From NCBI GenBank assembly GCA_965200155.1, contig CBDATR010000024.1:320001-384000 (forward strand): a DNA stretch of 64,000 nt, given 5' to 3'. The DNA is from Nitrosopumilaceae archaeon. Its GTDB lineage: Archaea; Thermoproteota; Nitrososphaeria; Nitrososphaerales; Nitrosopumilaceae. The notes under the pieces are model-generated. The model was not told the origin of the DNA, made no database searches, and saw nothing but the letters and a program-made list of their open reading frames with translations. The position numbers and the translations under genes were made by a program. Shown in pieces: positions 61,348-64,000 of the stretch. The stretch's first letter is position 1. Each line of letters starts with the position of its first letter.

Positions 61348-62337
61348 GTGATAATTATAGACTACGAACGTATACGCCGAGAGATATTAGTGACACGACC
61401 GGCATCAGTATCACTCAATGGACCGGAAGGGATGCTACCACAGGTGCAACAGGCAGCCGTATCCATAACCAAGGAGTTTGGCATACCCGCATATGTAATA
61501 GCCGACACTACATGGGGAAGCTGTGATCTAAATCACAACGGATCCCGTACGTTGGGGGCAGGCATCCACTTTAACATAGGACACACCATATCTGCCGACA
61601 CCTTGGAGGGTACAGTCATGGTTGATGCGTATGATGACGTACTGTTTGACAAGGTGGCCACAAAGTGCGCCGGAATGATACGGGGTACCGCGGGTATACT
61701 GACAGATAGTCAGCACCTCAAACAGATGGATGTGGTGCGAAGCATACTGGAAAAGCACGGGATCAGTACGGTTATCGGGAACGGTGTAGGACAGCTTAAT
61801 CACGGACAGGTCTTTGGTTGTGAGTTCTATCCGGCCACGTCCATAAAGGATAGTGTGGACTCGTATGTCTTTCTGGGCCAGAGCAACTTTCACGCCGCGG
61901 GTATAGCGCTGGCAACAGGAAAACCCACTTACGTATTGGATCCCTACTTTAACGAGGTCCGGGAAATATCTGAGTTTGCAGCCAAACTGCGGCGCCGGGC
62001 CACATTGGCCATATACAAGGCCGCCGAGGCTCAACGATTTGGTATAATAATAGGGCTCAAGGAGGGCCAGCTCTCCAAGGTAACAGGACTGCGCATAAGA
62101 AGGGAGCTGGACGCCTTGGGAAAGTATACGGAGCTATTCGCGCTAACAGACATAACCAATGAGCGTCTGCGGAACATACGAGACATGGATGTCTTCATAC
62201 AGGTAGCCTGTCCGCGCATATCGACGGACAACAAATTTGACATGCCTGTCCTCTCCACACCCCAGGCTAATGCGCTACTGCAACTGCTAAAGGGCAATGA
62301 CATTGGCAAATACCTGCAGATACCACATTGGTTGTAA
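61348..62337 (+). CDS. dph2: Diphthamide biosynthesis protein Dph2
   Basis: WGSCD, GQVFGC and ACPRI motifs. Confidence 0.94.
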   Translation: MIIIDYERIRREILVTRPASVSLNGPEGMLPQVQQAAVSITKEFGIPAYVIADTTWGSCDLNHNGSRTLGAGIHFNIGHTISADTLEGTVMVDAYDDVLFDKVATKCAGMIRGTAGILTDSQHLKQMDVVRSILEKHGISTVIGNGVGQLNHGQVFGCEFYPATSIKDSVDSYVFLGQSNFHAAGIALATGKPTYVLDPYFNEVREISEFAAKLRRRATLAIYKAAEAQRFGIIIGLKEGQLSKVTGLRIRRELDALGKYTELFALTDITNERLRNIRDMDVFIQVACPRISTDNKFDMPVLSTPQANALLQLLKGNDIGKYLQIPHWL

Positions 62338-62359
62338 AGCGTTACTGGAAACCTGCCAC

Positions 62360-62506
62360 GCCGGAGTGGCATTATCAAGGGGACTCGTTTGTCATACCCA
62401 AATATTAGCCATATACCGGTACAGGGAAACTGATACGAGACCGTTATCAAGAACGGTCTGTTTTTGGAGCTGACCAAGTGGTACCGTGACCATGAGCAGT
62501 TGCGCG
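62360..62506 (+). pseudogene. TnpB N-terminal fragment
   Basis: KNGLFLELTKWYRDHEQLR, paralogous to KNGLFLELIKWRRDLEWVR at 56.7 kb. Confidence 0.65.
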
Positions 62507-62598
62507 GTATGAGTTCACGTCTTCCGGAATCTTGTGCACAAATCACATTAACTGTCGCGATCAGTTGTGCGTAAATTTAGACACAGGTGAACTCATAC
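62507..62598. mobile_element. 92-bp MITE family A (inverted)
   Basis: Same TIRs and body in reverse orientation. Confidence 0.9.
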
Positions 62599-62916
62599 AG
62601 GCAGGAATGGGTATGTTAGCGGTGTATTTTAAGCGGTTGCACAGGGGTGATCTAAACGGTTACATCTAGAATGTAACTACCTGTATGATAGCATGGAGAA
62701 AGCGCGGACTCAACACAGATGCTGCCCATACCGGGGGCAAGGTAGACGGCTATCACAAGAACAATCGAAGCAACGCACTTTTCTTAGCTTGGAGTTCCTA
62801 AACGGTTACGATCCTCAAAGTACGTCTCCATATTGTGCAGACTGCGATAGAATTACGACACATCAAGGGACATGAAGAAAAGTATGAACCAAATACGCCA
62901 AGTGTCTACTGTCTCT

Positions 62917-63164
62917 GCTTGAAGTGGTATGAATGGTTCCTGCTCCCTCTCAATCTCCTCTACGGTATCGTGGCTGCGTATGGTCACCAGCTTGAAGTGA
63001 CATGAATGGTTCCTGCTCCCTCTCAATCTCCTCTACGGTATCGTGGCTGCGTATGGTCACCAGCTTGAAGTGACATGAATGGTTCCTGCTCCCTCTCAAT
63101 CTCCTCTACGGTATCGTGGCTGCGTATGGTCACCAGCTTGAAGTGACATGAATGGTTCCTGCTC
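62917..63164. repeat. 73-bp tandem repeat x3.4, truncated by IS481
   Basis: Units start at 62917, 62990, 63063 and 63136. Confidence 0.93.
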
Positions 63165-64000
63165 TCAATAGTACGAAAAGTAAGTCCGCTTAGGATCCGG
63201 CGTACAGTAGTTCAGATTGCACAAGCCATATGGTAAAGAGAATAACAGAGGAATCACGACAAAAGAGGCGTTGCCGCCACCAAAATAGCTCAAGACCTGA
63301 AACAAGACACGTACGAAGATTGTGAACCAGAGAACGGGAACGACTCGAGTAAAGAGGGGCAGGCCCATGATACCAATCACCGCCACCCAGATACGAATGG
63401 TGACTGAAGCATATCACAAGGATCCCGCCGGAGTAGTACGTATTGCAAAGAGACTTAGACAGAATTACAATATATCGCGCAGTATATCGCATAATTAAAA
63501 AGAACGGTACGGCAGGATCATCACCTGCAAAGTCAGAGTGGGTACGCTATGAGCGTAAATATTCCAATGCAATGTGGCACTGGCATGTCATGAAAGATGA
63601 GCGCTTCAGGGGACTGAATCTCATAGATGATGCATCCAGGTGTATAGTCGGAGCGGCACTATTTTAGCATGCAACCTCAGAGAACGCCACTCTATTACTG
63701 AGATTGGCTATAGAACGATTCGGCGCCCCTGCATCTCGGATAACGGCGCGTGTTTCGTAGGACAATAAAAGGGCAAGAAAAGCTGGAAACCCACTATTCT
63801 AGGAAGAACTGCTGAATCAAGACATCATACTAATCAATTCCAGGTCATACCATCCACAGACAAATGGCAAACTGGAGCGCTTCCATGGAATGATTGAGGA
63901 CGAGATATGGCATTATGACAGTCTCCGGGATTATGTTGACTACTACAATGAGAGAAGGTTGTACTTCTCACTGGATATAGATAACGGCGAAACATCGCTT
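63165..64000 (+). mobile_element. IS481-family element (second copy, decayed, runs off the right edge)
   Basis: Close paralogue of 4557-5490 in the opposite orientation; starts TCAATAGTACGAAAAG. Confidence 0.9.

Noticed and set aside
62917-63164. Canonical CRISPR array
   Set aside because: The 'spacers' are identical, and no leader or cas genes are visible; reported as a tandem repeat instead.

Overview
Genomic window from an ammonia-oxidising archaeon (Nitrososphaerota/Thaumarchaeota, Nitrosopumilaceae-like). A Cenarchaeum-like host-associated lifestyle is inferred from the fibronectin-III protein and the heavy load of decayed mobile elements. Housekeeping blocks: serS-pcc1-DHH-rps15, hppA, pfdA-ftsY-argF, rpl18...secY-adk-cmk-cbf5, pstCAB-phoU, cdc48-ef1b, truD, tiaS, dph2, and four tRNAs (three with introns). 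amoA and amoB lie ~10 kb apart, and I saw no amoC or amoX. Intergenic DNA is packed with IS66-type MITEs and IS481, IS66, IS5 and TnpB relics. Most notable observations: (1) Dispersed single inserts of 34-35 bp, each flanked by an exact 37-bp duplication of unrelated target sequence (6707, 32098, 32190; probable relatives at 50009 and 62917). This is the geometry of Cas1-Cas2 spacer integration, but outside any CRISPR array. (2) Stereotyped 12-20-bp near-palindromic patches (GGA/AGA..GTAACCGGTTAC..TCC) that replace 4-6 bp at different positions in otherwise identical MITE copies, suggesting an unusual templated end-joining scar. (3) IS1595-type ends with perfect 8-bp TSDs that mobilise a restriction-modification cassette and, as a MITE-composite transposon, an Fn3 surface protein. 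(4) An unannotated 42-aa, 9-Cys metallothionein-like gene. (5) FtsY with four near-identical 58-aa C-terminal repeats. All coordinates were counted by eye and no database searches were run.
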